In this document: positions 13,129 to 25,535 of the stretch, in pieces
How positions within the stretch are numbered: position 1 is the stretch's first letter
Layout: the number at the start of each line of letters is the position of its first letter
DNA from: Eledone cirrhosa
Taxonomy: Eukaryota
Assembly: GCA_964016885.1 (NCBI GenBank)
Contig: OZ024743.1
Location: 276,768,001 to 276,832,000 of the forward strand
Direction of reading: 5' to 3'
Length of the DNA: 64,000 nt
The notes under the pieces: generated by a model
Told to the model about the DNA's origin: nothing
The model's database searches: none
Seen by the model: the letters and a program-made list of their open reading frames with translations, nothing else
Translations under genes and position numbers: made by a program

Positions 13129-13147
13129 TATGTATGTATCTTTGTAT

Positions 13148-16100
13148 GTTCTAGTTTTATAATTTCACACATTTTTACCAATAGAGAGAGAGTCGGTTTC
13201 TAACATAGACACAAAACTCTCTCATTGGAATTTACACAACATCAACTAGGTAGATATGTATGTATGCATGTGTAGGTATGGATGTTATTGTATGTGTGGA
13301 TATGTATGTTTTGAGTTATATGTCTGCATGCGTATATGCTTTGTCTCTGTACATGTGTATATGCAGTTATTAGATGCAACATTTTTGGAATGTTTTACAT
13401 ATTTTTACTGTTCCATTAATGGCTTGTACTTGTAATTTCCTAACTAGTTGTGTTCTTTCTGTTCCTGTGAAGCTCAGCTTCTCAAGATTTGTATTGAGGC
13501 AGTTACTAACATACCCCAGCGCCTCAATAATCACAGGCATAAATCTGAAGGTGTAATAAGGGTGGAGTATCTGCAGATTTCTCATCAGTTCTGCATAAAT
13601 ATTCTCCTTTTCACTAATCTTTGATATTATATTGGCATCTGCTGGGCAGCTAATTTCCACTACTGTGCATGCTTTATTATCCCTGTCCCATATAAAAATA
13701 TCTGGTCTGTTATGCCTGCACTTTATTGGGGTTTTTATTGGAACATTCCACCAGTACTCTTTCATATTATGTCATACATCATGCCTCATAGATAGTACCG
13801 CGATGACATCTTTGGACAGCTGCTGATGACATAGGTGACATCTTCTATGTTAATTCTGCAGAGTCTGCACTTGTTATCACATCTATGTGTTTTGCCTGCA
13901 TCCCTATCTTTTTTATGAATCAGGTATTTCGTGTTAATTTCCTGTTTTTGGATTGCAAAAGCGTATCCTTCAAATTGGGAGCCAATATAGCGGTTGTTGG
14001 TCCAAGATAGACTACTTTCCTTATCTATATTACTTTCACTCTGGAGCTTCCTGGCAAGCATGCAGTTTTTCATCCATAGATTCACTGCGATACTGCTGAG
14101 CGACTTCCATGGGTGTGAGTTTTTTTATTATCACACAGGGAATATCTCTCGAGCAGTTCCTTCCCAACTCTCATGATCTTATCTGTTTCATGCAGATAGA
14201 CTTGCTCGAGAGACGGGTTCCTACGCTTTGAGGTTCGTAGATGTTGTCGGAGGGATATGATGCGACATTCAAATGCAGTCTGGACTGATGTTAGGCCTCT
14301 GCCACCCTGCTTACGTTTCAAGTAAAGGCGGTCTATGTCACTGTTGATGTGGAAGTTTCCGGTGTTGTTTAGTATTTTTCGAGTTCTAACATCAACTGCT
14401 TAGATTTCGTCTATCGTCCAATTGAGTATTCGAAACGTTGGTGTTAGGACAGGCACAGCAAACACATTGTGAGCCATTGTTTTGTTTTGCGCAGGGAGTT
14501 CCGATGACCAAATCTTTCTTAATCGGGTGTAGTATTCCCTGGTTACGCATTCCTTATTACAGATAGCATTATAGGATATGTTCTCATCTATCCCCAGGTA
14601 TCTGTAGCAGTCCTCATCAGATATCGGTGAAACAGTTAGGCCATTGAGACAATGTTGCTAGATTGGGTTGTTGTTTTCCCCCGCTTTACAGTCATATATG
14701 AGCAATTATCTTGCCCAAACTCCATTCCTACATCCTTTGAGAATGTTGTAACCAGGTCAAGATTTTTCTTCATCCCATCCATGGTCTTGGCATAGAGTTT
14801 CAGATCGTCCACAAAGAAATTATGGGTTAGGTTCGTATTTCTGTCCTCCTGTGAGCCAATGATGTATCCTTGACATTTCTTGAGCAGAAAGAACAAGGGG
14901 TTTAATGACAGGATGAATAATATCACAGAGAGACTGTCTCCCTGAAATATACCCCTGCGATATTTTATTTTATCAGTGAAAATAGAGTTCTCCTTCTCTA
15001 TCTTTAACCTTAGGATAGTATCCCAAGAAGAAGACAGCTTCTCTATGGCTCTGATAATAATGTCTGGGACTTTAGCAAGTTGGAGGGCCTCTATCATCCA
15101 AGAGTGGGGAAGAGTATCGAAAGCTTTCCTGTAGTCCAGTCAGACTGTAGCTATATTCCTCCTAAGTTGTCGCACCTCGGACTTCGCAGTTTTATTGATT
15201 AGGAGTTATTTAGCACATCCCCAAACCCCTTTCTTTCCAGCTGCTTGTTCATCTGTGATGATGTTATTATTTTCACAGTGATCTTGGAGGAATAGGTCCA
15301 GACAGGCTGTATACATCTTATACATCAGGTTCTGGCATGCAACGGGTCGGTAGTTTTTTGCCAAGTGGGTGTCTTTGTACTTGGGGACTAGTAATGTTTG
15401 TGCTAATGTCAACCATTCTAGTATAAGTGCATCTCCCATAAGAACTTGTTGGTAGAGGTCAGTAAGATACCTCCGATATAATATCAGTTTTTTGTACCAG
15501 TAGCCGACAATCATGTCTCTTCATGGTATTTTCCTATCTTGGAGTTTTCCTATCACATTCTCAAGGGTACCCTCACTTATTTCGTATGTTTTTGTTGTAG
15601 TGTAGGAGCAATAGTTCTTTCGGATTTCTTTTAGCCACGCTGCATCTTGGTTGAAATTCTTCTTTTCACCCCATATTTTGCTCCAAAAGGAATCTATGTC
15701 TTTCTGGGATGGGGCCTCAGTGACACTTATTATTTTGCCCTTCATATCTCTATAGACTGATGTTTGGTTTCGTCTTAATCTTTTATTAAGCCCCTTTCTT
15801 TCATCTCCCTTCTTTAGGTATCGGCGTTTTTCGCTAACAGCTCTCAATTCTTGTTTGAAGGTGATCAGCTTATATTGAAAAGTTCTGGTTCTACTGTTAC
15901 CAAACATCGTCTCTATTTTATTTTTCACTATTTGTTGGTGAGGAGTGAGGTTTTTTGGTGTTTGTTTTCATGTAAGGAGCATTGTCACATATCCTATGGT
16001 TTTTCGTAGGTCAGCAATCTTTTTTTCTATTTTAGTTATATCTGATGGTATTTTTAGTGGTGTTCTGTTCTTGTTAATATCTCTGCTATCACCAAGATAA

Positions 16101-17250
16101 TGCTTCACTGTCGTTGCTAAGGCATATAAATAGGCGTTGATTTGCCAAAATGTTGTCGTTTTTATCCGTCGTAAATATTCATCTCCTATTTCGTCAATAA
16201 TACGTAATATTTCATTATTTGTTTTTTTTATTATTAAACATTGTGGTTTTAATACGTTCAGCAAGAGAGATATTTATACATGAATTAATTTCTCTCTGGA
16301 ATATTTCGTTGAGGGAAATTTTCAATTGTTTATACTTTTGATTATTATCATTATCGATAGTATTTTCCACAATAGTCGAGGTATACTCAGATGGTACACG
16401 TGGTGTCAAATTTCTTCGATTATTATTATTATTTCTTCGATTTTGCCTTTCATCCTTACGTGGTCGATAAAATAAAAGTACCAGTAATGCACTGGATAAT
16501 TGCTGGCCTTGTGCCTAAAGTAGAAACAATTATTATTATCGATAGTGTTTTCCCCAGCATTCGAGGTAGACTTAGATGGTACACGTGGTGTTAAGTTTCT
16601 TACAGGCATAGTTGTTTCAAGGCACTGTTCGACCTGCTTGCTAGGAAGTCTAGTAGCATGGCGACCTGTAGCACGTGTTGTTGAACCCATGTTTGCTGTG
16701 GGGGACTTACAATTAATAATATTAATCTTATTTTTACGTTCAACAAACGTCGCTTTTTGGCGTAATTGTTTCGCTGTGAAATAATTTAGCTCTGGGTGCA
16801 TTTCGTCCCAGTGTAGCTTCATTCTGTTTATATAGCCAATGGAGGATTGTTTTTTGCCATTTTATAACAATTAAATAAATCATCATTAAGTTCGCAACAC
16901 CAAGAGAAATGCGATTTAAAATTTCGGTCACTTCTGTAGCTACAACTGAATAAATTTTGTTTACATTTCTCGTTGTTTATCTTCGATATTTCTTTAATAT
17001 TGTTGTTGAGGATGTGGTGTTCTTCCATGCTGTTTGTAGCAAATCCTTGTAAAATGAATTATATATTTAGTTGAATATCTCTGCGAATTCGAATAAAAGG
17101 TGTCTTCAGTAGATATAGTTAGAAGAATAACCAGTTATTCAACATGACTGTAGTTGTGGCATTACTGTCGGAGATAGTATTCATCTTAAATTTAACAAAT
17201 AGTCTCCCACGCCAAAATATGCGACTCATTGCGTTGACTGTGTATTGTAT
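13148..17250 (-). mobile_element. Near-full-length, frameshifted R4/Dong-like non-LTR retrotransposon (RT + zinc knuckle + restriction-like endonuclease)
   Basis: ORF pieces: NYRPVACQNLMYK, GIFQGDSLSVILF, FFVDDLKLY (RT); CRLC...SSC (knuckle); HNRPDIFIWD..VEISCP..KENIY (PD-(D/E)xK RLE). 3' UTR at 13148-13370. Confidence 0.9.
16437..16535 (+). mobile_element. SINE family A 3' fragment nested in the Dong-like element
   Basis: ttttgcctttcatccttacgtggtcgataaaataaaagtaccag core. Confidence 0.85.
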
Positions 17251-17253
17251 GTA

Positions 17254-17480
17254 TTAGAGGTTAGGGTTAGGGTTAAGGTGAGGGTGAGGGTGATGGTGGT
17301 GTAGGGTGAGGGTGAGGGTGAGGGTTAGGGTTAGGGTTAGGGTTAGGGTGAGGGTGAGGGTGAGGGTAGGGTGAGGGTGAGGGTGAGTGTTAGGGTTAGG
17401 GTTAGGGTTAGTGTTGGGTTAGGGTTAGTGTTGGGTTAGGGGTAGGGGTAGGGTTAGGGTTAGGGTTAGGGTTAGGGTTA
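17254..17480 (+). repeat. Interstitial telomeric repeat (TTAGGG)n with TGAGGG variants
   Basis: Direct reading of the sequence. Confidence 0.95.
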
Positions 17481-17540
17481 TGTATGTATGTATGTATGTA
17501 TGTATGTATGTATGTATGTATGTATGTATGTATGTATGTA

Positions 17541-17774
17541 TGCAAAAGTACACGAACTCCAACCACAGCCGACTATTCCCAGTGAATGTTTTGGTTGCCG
17601 ACTCTGTGCAAGACATTTTAGATCATTGGCTGGGCTAAAAAGCCACATTCGATCGCAGCGCTGTTAGTTGCTATCATGTGTGTGTGTGTGTGTAGATATG
17701 CTTATGTGTGTGCGTGTGTGTGTATATATATATGTATATGTATATTATTATTGTTGTTGTCATTATTATTATTG

Positions 17775-17812
<38 letters not shown>

Positions 17813-18064
17813 GTTATTAATGTATGTGTGTGTATATGTGTGTGTGAGTGTGTATGTGTATGTGTGTGTGTATGTATATATATATATATATCTTTTTTTT
17901 TAAATTTTTATTTTCTTTTTATTTATTTATTTATTATTATTATTATTATTTATTTATTTATTTTTATTTATTTTTATTTTTTTTTATTTTTTTCTTTTAT
18001 TTATTTTTTTTTCTTTCTCCTCGTGCAATGGCCATACTCGATAACGAGGGGGCAGCCATCATCA
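17541..18064 (+). mobile_element. RTE-like LINE 3' end (zinc finger + microsatellite-containing 3' UTR)
   Basis: Near-identical to the reverse complement of ~30551-31062; flanked by (TATG)n. Confidence 0.85.
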
Positions 18065-18125
18065 TGTATGTATGTATGTATGTATGTATGTATGTATGTA
18101 TGTATGTATGTATGTATGTATGTAT

Positions 18126-18361
18126 GTTCTTCTGGTTTTATAATTTCACACAAATGTTTGCCAATAGCGAGAGAGTCGGTTTTTAACATAGACACAAGAC
18201 TCTCTCATTGGAATTTACACAGCATCAACTAGATAGACACACATGCATGTCTGTGCAGGAATGGATGTTATTGTATATGCGGAAGTATATGTTTTGAGTT
18301 ATATGTGTGCATGTGCATATGCTTTGTATCAGTACATGTGTACATGGAGTTATTAGATGCA
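18126..18361 (-). mobile_element. 3' UTR-only copy of the Dong-like element
   Basis: Colinear with 13148-13378; embedded in (TATG)n. Confidence 0.85.
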
Positions 18362-18597
18362 GTATGTATGTACGTACGTACGTACGTAGTACGTATGTAT
18401 GTATGTATGTATGTATGTATGTATGTATGTATGTATGTATGTATGTATGTATGTATGTACGTATGTATGTGGGGGTAGACATTTACGGTGTGCATGCGAC
18501 AGAGGCGGTGAAAGTTTGCTTAGGACGTTAAAGTTTGATTGATTAATGGCCTTTCTATATGCTAAAGAATTTTAATGTTATCAGAATATTATGCCCT

Positions 18598-18628
18598 CTT
18601 AGGGTTAGGGTTAGGGTTAGGGTTAGGG
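18598..18628 (+). repeat. Short (TTAGGG)n tract
   Basis: About 5 units. Confidence 0.85.
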
Positions 18629-18798
18629 GTACAAAGGCGAAAAGTAAACTGTAAGAGGTGAACGTTCGTAATATTAACTACCGATTCTAATTTATCGACA
18701 CCTCTACACAAATGTAGACGGAAGGTAAACAACAAACCGAACAATACAGTAATATGAAGAGATATTGTAGTTTAACGCTTAATATAGTATAAAAAGAA

Positions 18799-18834
18799 TT
18801 GTAACGTTTCAGGCGCTAGTCCTTCAACAGAAAA
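18799..18834 (-). ncRNA. Degenerate hammerhead motif, same family as 4863-4898
   Basis: CUGUUGA-A-GGAC(UAGC)GCCU-GAAACGUU. The flank at 18721-18780 matches 4778-4845. Confidence 0.55.
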
Positions 18835-19013
18835 TAGAGTAAAAAATAAAGTAAGAAATAGAAAGATAGAGAAGAGTGGGATGAGGAAGAAAGGCAACAA
18901 AACTTTGGGAGGAAAAAGCACGTGTGTGCGTTCAGCCAGATAATACTTATGTATATGTACACATACACACACACACAGACACACACACAGACACACAGAC
19001 ACACAGACACACA

Positions 19014-19131
<118 letters not shown>

Positions 19132-19343
19132 AATACATACATACTTATATATATATATAAAGAGAAGGTGTGCTCCACGTACGCATTTCTGATAATATTA
19201 AAATTACTCCCTTCTCCACAAAAAGACGAAACAGATAGAAGTTTAAATATAATTTCTACCTACAGACATAGACTGAAGTTTCTCCTAATCAACTAGGAAT
19301 GTATAAAAAATTAAAGATACTTACTTGAACATTATATTATTAT

Positions 19344-19533
19344 GTGGTGGATTGGCAGTAGCGGTAGAGGGTCGGACGCCATGCTTTGCAGCAAAGAGTT
19401 ACGGCCCTTTATGGTCTGAGTTCAAATCCCCCCGAGGTTAACTTTGCCTTTCATCCTTACGGGCTCGATAAAATAAAGTACCAGTAATGCACTGGATAAT
19501 TACTGGCCTTGTGCCAAAAGTAGTAACAATTAT
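19344..19533 (+). mobile_element. SINE family A (tRNA head + Meta-domain-like core)
   Basis: B-box gagttcaaatcc and core ttaactttgcctttcatccttacgggctcgataaaataaagtaccag. Confidence 0.9.
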
Positions 19534-20010
19534 ATTATTATGTTACTGTTTCGATTATTAGGGATTTATTTACAGATAGGGATTTATTTACAGACATATA
19601 ATGAAATGTTCTCCCATACTAATTGAACTCCATTTTTACCAAGTGTATGTAACAAATAATTCAAAACACACCACATACACAAAATATATATAGGTACATA
19701 CATGTATGTAGATGTATATAATTATACACATACATACATATATGAATATAAATATGTATAGATGTATATACATACATTTATATATAAATATATATATATA
19801 CATATATATATATACATATATATACACACGCACACACATATATATGTATATTTATATGTATGTATATATATATATATATACATACATATGTATGTATATA
19901 TATATATATATACATACATACACAAACACCCACAAACACACACCCATACATATACACACATACATATTTGCATATATATACATATATATATATATATGCA
20001 AATATATATT

Positions 20011-20050
<40 letters not shown>

Positions 20051-20060
20051 AATATATATT

Positions 20061-20112
<52 letters not shown>

Positions 20113-21184
20113 CAAATGATACCTCAGAATTAAAGCGATCCCTATTAAGATGTATTTCTGAGAACACTCACTTGTTAATAAATGAAACTTAAAACTCATT
20201 CCAAGCCCCCCAAAGGAAACACAACAGGCAAAGCAACAGCAACAACTGTACAACAACAGAAAAAAAGGACAAAATCAAAACAAATAAAAAATATAATTTT
20301 CTTTTTTTTGTCATTAATTTAAAGCATCGAGAATAACTACTTATGTATATTTCCATTAGTTACATTCAACCAATCAGAGGTCTGGACTGAATATTTCAAT
20401 TTGAATGAAAAAAAAAAGAGAGTTCTAAATGATTATTTAAACAAATGAAAGAAACAAGCTGGTAAAGAAACAAACAAAAGACAAATAATACTAAGGATAA
20501 AAACATTAAAAAAAGCCAAAATAAAATGAAAAAACCCCAGAAAGAATGAAGGAGGCAAAGAACAGAAATTTCATCTTTATAACTTATATGATTGCTAACG
20601 TCTTTTAAAACGTTAATAGCAGAATCATTAACAAAACCCAGCCATGATGAGAATAGATTCCGAAAATGGCAGTATCCACGAAAATGATGAAAATAAATCT
20701 ACTAAAATTCTATGAATTTGAAAAAGGAAATTAAAAGAAAAAAGATCCGTGTTATTTCCTTCCACTTCTTCTTCTCCATCTTCGTCATCTTCGTCATCTT
20801 TTTCTCTCCCATTTCCCATAAGAGGCAGCAAGAGAAAACCATTAATAGGAAATAATAAATAGAAACATGAACATTTTATATATTTAATTTAAGGAAAAGC
20901 ACGACTCGGGTATGATGGTAAGAAGCTATATACCATTATAAATCTCGTTAGATTTATAGATAACTAGAGTTGGGAGGTTTGGAAAGTCAAAAGGTCTCTA
21001 TCTCACCTCTCTCTATTTCTTTCTATCTTATTTAATTTCATTACTCTGCAGTTATTTTAATTTGGGGACAGATATAGCCATTTTTGGCTACCCATTTTTT
21101 TCCGAAACATCGTCTTTTCATTAGCTAGTCTAGTTTTTTACTTAATTATATATTTTATTAAATTATTTATTTGGATTATTATAA

Positions 21185-21378
21185 TGATGGACTGGCAGAA
21201 TCTGAAGAGCAACGGACAAAGTGCTTTGGGGCATTTAATTACAGTTCTTTATATTCTAAGTTCATATTCTGCCGGTGTCAACTTTGCCTTTCATCCTTTC
21301 GGGATCGATAAAATAAAGTACCAGTACTGGGGTCGGTATTATCGATTCTCCCTATCCCCTCAAAATTGATGGCTTGTG
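21185..21378 (+). mobile_element. SINE family A (diverged)
   Basis: Same core sequence as the other family A copies. Confidence 0.8.
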
Positions 21379-21380
21379 AC

Positions 21381-21571
21381 TACGAGAGTCAGCTTTAAAG
21401 TTTATAGGCTGACCATGGATTGACCAAATGAGGTTCATTTTTCAACATTGTCCCTGGAGAGAAACAATGCGCTAATTAATAAGAAAAGTTGAAATTATTG
21501 CATGCAAGATTTCCCAGCTCTAGCATCACTCCTTCATAGTCAGCCTATGAATTTTTCAACCTACGCTCATA
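21381..21571. mobile_element. Mariner/Tc1-type MITE
   Basis: Imperfect TIRs tacgag...aagtttataggctgac / gtcagcctatgaatttttcaac...ctcata with TA ends. Confidence 0.55.
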
Positions 21572-21605
21572 AATAAGAAACGATTATTTACTTAGATTGC
21601 TTAAG

Positions 21606-22000
21606 TTGGTGGATTGACAGAATCGTTAGAATTCCCATCAAAATGCCTTGCGGTATTTAGATACGGCTCTTTAGGTTCTGGGTTTAAATCCCGCCGAAAT
21701 CAACTTTCCCTTTCATCTTTTCTGGGTTGTTAAAGTAAAGTACTAGTCAACCTCTAAAAACCCTAGCGGGTAATACCATGAAAAAGAGTACCCCTAAACG
21801 GGAGAAATGAGGCAAAATGGGGAGATTTTACATAATGAAAGCCATACCCATTTTCACAAGAAAAGGCATCTATCATCCACCCAAAAGTTGGTGGGAGATC
21901 TCCCCGTCGGAATAGGAGAGTTAACAGGTCTGAGTCAAGTACTGGGATCGAATTAATCAACGTTTTCCTTCTCCCAAATATGTGGCATTGTGCCACATAT
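21606..22000 (+). mobile_element. SINE family A split by a ~180-bp insertion (21751-21932)
   Basis: The SINE resumes after the insert; agtcaa is duplicated at 21745-21750 and 21933-21938. Confidence 0.75.
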
Positions 22001-22154
22001 AAACATTTAGAAATAACTATTAAATAAATAAATAGTTAGAAATAACTATTTAGCCGGAGAGGGCGGTGTAATAGTTATGATATATGTAGACTCATTTACT
22101 GAGATCATAGCTGAGATCATTGTAGGTGATATTCAGCTGGAATTTATGTGACTC

Positions 22155-22460
22155 TGCGTGGCCGAATGGTTAAGAAGTTGGCTTTGCGATAATTTGGTCT
22201 CAGGTTCAATTACACTGGGTGACATCTTGGTGAAGTGCCATTTACCATAACCTTTGGTTGATCCATACCATATGAGTGTGAGTAAAAGTGGGTAGACGGA
22301 AACTGTTTGGAAGCTCGTCGGATGGTCTGTGCCTGTAATTTGAAGGACCAGCTTTGTCATGCACTGTATCATGCCGAATCTCCCTGACAATTACATTAAG
22401 GGTACACGTGTTTGTGGAATGCCCAGTCATTTACACGTTATTTCATAAGTTGGCTGTTCT
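22155..22460 (+). mobile_element. tRNA-derived SINE family B
   Basis: A-box tggccgaatgg, B-box ggttcaattac; body shared with 24380-24775. Confidence 0.75.
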
Positions 22461-22659
22461 CTTGGAAAAACTGGAGCTCTTATCGTCGAAACAGACGGAA
22501 GTCCATTCCATGTGGATCTGTGTATGTGAGACAAATAAAAGAAGAAACCTTTTCAGGTTGATAAAATAAATATCAATCTCGGATGAGGGAGGGACCATGT
22601 AATCAACTATCCCACCCACGCACACCAAAAGAACAGGTCCTCTATGTTTATGTCGAATA

Positions 22660-23075
22660 TCATGGTAGAGGGTTGGACGCCATGCTTTGACGCATAGAGT
22701 TACGGCCCTTGCCATTCTGATTTCAAATCCTGCCGAGGTTAACTTTGCCTTTCATCCTTACGGGGTTGATAAAATAAAGTACCAGTAATACACTGGCTAA
22801 TTGCTGGCCTTGTGCCAAAAGTAGAAACAATTATTAAGAGTATTACAAGGGTGGTGGATTGGCAGTATTGGTAGAAGGTCGGACGCCATGCTTTGCAGCA
22901 TAGAGTTACGGCCCTTTATGATCTGAGTTCAAATCCCGCCGAGGTTAACTTTGCCTTCCATCCTTACGGGGTCGATAAAATAAAGTACCAGTCACTTACT
23001 TGAGTCGATTTAATTGACTTTCCCTTCCCTAAAATTGCTGGCCTTGTGCCTATATAAGAAACAATTAATAAGAGT
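22660..23075 (+). mobile_element. Two tandem SINE family A copies (22660-22835, 22848-23075)
   Basis: Two consecutive copies of the head and core, with different 3' tails. Confidence 0.9.
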
Positions 23076-23189
23076 ATTACTGATTTTCATAAATGATTTT
23101 ACCAGGAGAGTACTCGATACTGCGACAAAATAACTACAGTAGATCTATGTAAATATGCAAGCAGTTACAAATTTATATATATAGATATA

Positions 23190-23368
23190 ATTCATATAAA
23201 TAATTTGAAGACTCAACGTAAGAATAGCTGTAAAACAGCCTAATTTCGTCAATGATAGCATACAAGTCGGCTAAAAATACCTCAAAGGACTTGCATGCTG
23301 TCATTGACGGCATTTAGCTGCGTTAACAGCTATTCTTGCGTTGAGTCTTCAAATTATTTCTATGAACT
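23190..23368. repeat. Imperfect inverted repeat, Penelope-like end
   Basis: aaataatttgaagactcaacgtaagaatagctgt...catacaagtc / gacttgcatg...acagctattcttgcgttgagtcttcaaattattt. Confidence 0.8.
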
Positions 23369-24379
23369 TTAAATACACTCACGTTTCGTCTCCATTTTCG
23401 AGACAACAATGTTTATATAGATATAAATTTAAACGTATGGTTATGAATTTAAATATATATTAGTAGATATTAAAATAAATATATAATTATAATAGTTCCG
23501 GGCATTAATCAATACCGATAGTGAACTGGGAAATATAATTGTACCTATCTAACCGGTGTAGCGATTTCGGATTACTTCTGCTTCACTCTACTTCCCAGTA
23601 ATTTGAAATTGTGTTCAGATTACCGGTAAGTAAGATAAAATCGATTTTAAATTACCTTTAAGTGTAGCTTGAATGTAAGTTCATCATACCTCCTATTATT
23701 TAAGATTGGCCTCTCAGATGATTTCTTGATGATTTGACCTTTGTGATTAATAAAAGGATTATTATTATTATTATTAGTGACAGAGCCACGACTAAAATCC
23801 TCAACAAAGCAATTATCTTATAAAAAAAAGAAAATAATCTTTGCAGATTCTGAAATTCTTATGTATAAAAACATAGAAAGTCAAAGAATATCATTAGAAA
23901 AATAATAATACAAGTATTAACGGGGTAGATAGGGGCGTTAATTTTCTGATATCTTTATTTATTAACATCCTGAGATTAGCTTAGTGTTTTATGTTTCGCG
24001 GTTTTAAGCAATACCTGTAGTATGTATTATAAGCATTAGAAATTGATGATAAATGGATTGGCAGTTAGCTAGCTAGATAAAGAGATAGAGAGAAAGAAGT
24101 GATATAAAGAGTGCAGAGGTAATTTGACGTCAGGTTCAGGCTACCCTGGGAGCAATATGAAATCTATTTTAGATTACGAGAGCTGCCTTGAAATGGGGAG
24201 GGTAATTATAGTAATTTGGGACAATGGAAAATTTCCAAGGAAAATGTAGAACGATGAGTTCTCCGGTATATTCAAATGTGCACAAATATTTACAAATATT
24301 TCTGTTAAAAAAACAGATGTCACTTTCAGATTGTTATTTTTATGCCTGCTACAAATCTCAAAACAAATTGGAAGTCACT

Positions 24380-24775
24380 GCATTGCATAGCCGAACAGTT
24401 AAGATGTTCACTTCTTTATGATTGTGTCCCGGGTTCGGTCTAAATGTGTAGAATCTTGGGCAAGTGTCTTTTACAATACCACTGGGTCGACCCAAGACTT
24501 ATGAGTAAATTTGGGTTGATGGAAATTGTTTTGTAGCTTGTTGGATTGACTGTACCTGAAATTCAAAATCCAAGTCTTGTCACACACATTGTACTATGCT
24601 GAATCTTCCAGGGAATTACGTTAAACATATGCGTGTCTGTTGAATGCTAAGTCACCTGTACGTTAATTTCATGAACAGGTTGTTCCGTTGACTGAACAAC
24701 TAGCGTTAATTTCATGAACAGGTTGTTCCGTTGACTGAACAACTAGAACACTCATCGTCGAAACCGCCAGAGATC
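24380..24775 (+). mobile_element. SINE family B with an internal 43-bp tandem duplication (24661-24746)
   Basis: Similar to 22155-22460; cgttaatttcatgaacaggttgttccgttgactgaacaactag occurs twice. Confidence 0.75.
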
Positions 24776-24820
24776 CATTCCTGATACATATTCAGATGTT
24801 TATAATTAATATATTGCGAG

Positions 24821-24884
24821 TAGTTACCTCCAACGAGGTTATGAGGGAGAACCGAAACAGGCGAGCTCAGCTGTAGAGTAACTA
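24821..24884 (+). ncRNA. Degenerate type I hammerhead ribozyme
   Basis: UAGUUAC(CU)-CCAACGA-GGUU...AACC-GAAA-CAG...CUG-UA-(GA)GUAACUA. All three stems are present, but the CUGA box is mutated. Confidence 0.5.
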
Positions 24885-25247
24885 TACAAATGAAAAAAAT
24901 AATGCATGTTATAAAAAGACTGATCGCCATAAAAATGGATACGACGTACTATTTCACCTAACCAAGAAGCAAAAAATCGTATCAGTTTAACGCTTTAAAG
25001 ATGAAGGACATCTAAGCTGCTTGATAAAAAAAAAAAATAAAAAAAATAAAAGTGACAGCTAGATTTAAAGAAGAATTGTGATTATTGAAGTCAAGATGTT
25101 TGTTGACGTTGTGTGATAGATAAAGATATATCATTTGAAAGAAATAGAGAATAGTTATCAAAGGTAGAAAGATGAGAGGATAGAAACACCTTGAACGAAT
25201 GATGTTTCAGTAAACAACAGGAAAAACATTTGCACCAAAAACTATTT

Positions 25248-25535
25248 TCACCAGCACCACCCACCCCCTCCATCATCATAAGAACCACCAGCACCACCAG
25301 CACCACTACCATCACCATCATCATAAGCACCACCAGCACCACCAGCCCCAACACTATCATTATCATCACCGCCAAGAACATTACTACCTCTCCGTCAAAT
25401 CCACCACCGCCGCCATCGCCACCACCACCACCACCACCACCATGACATCCAATACCAAGTCCAACACTATTAACCCCACCATCACCACCATCACGTCCAA
25501 TGCCATGTCCAACACTATTAACCCCACCACCAAAC
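25248..25535. repeat. Degenerate (CAC/CAT)n low-complexity tract
   Basis: Direct reading of the sequence. Confidence 0.8.

Noticed and set aside
20628-20831. Acidic 67-aa ORF as a host exon
   Set aside because: Low-complexity sequence with no recognisable domain or convincing splice signals.
23375-23412. Hairpin + GAAACGU half hammerhead (similar at 33238-33268)
   Set aside because: The CUGANGA box is missing; at most a remnant.
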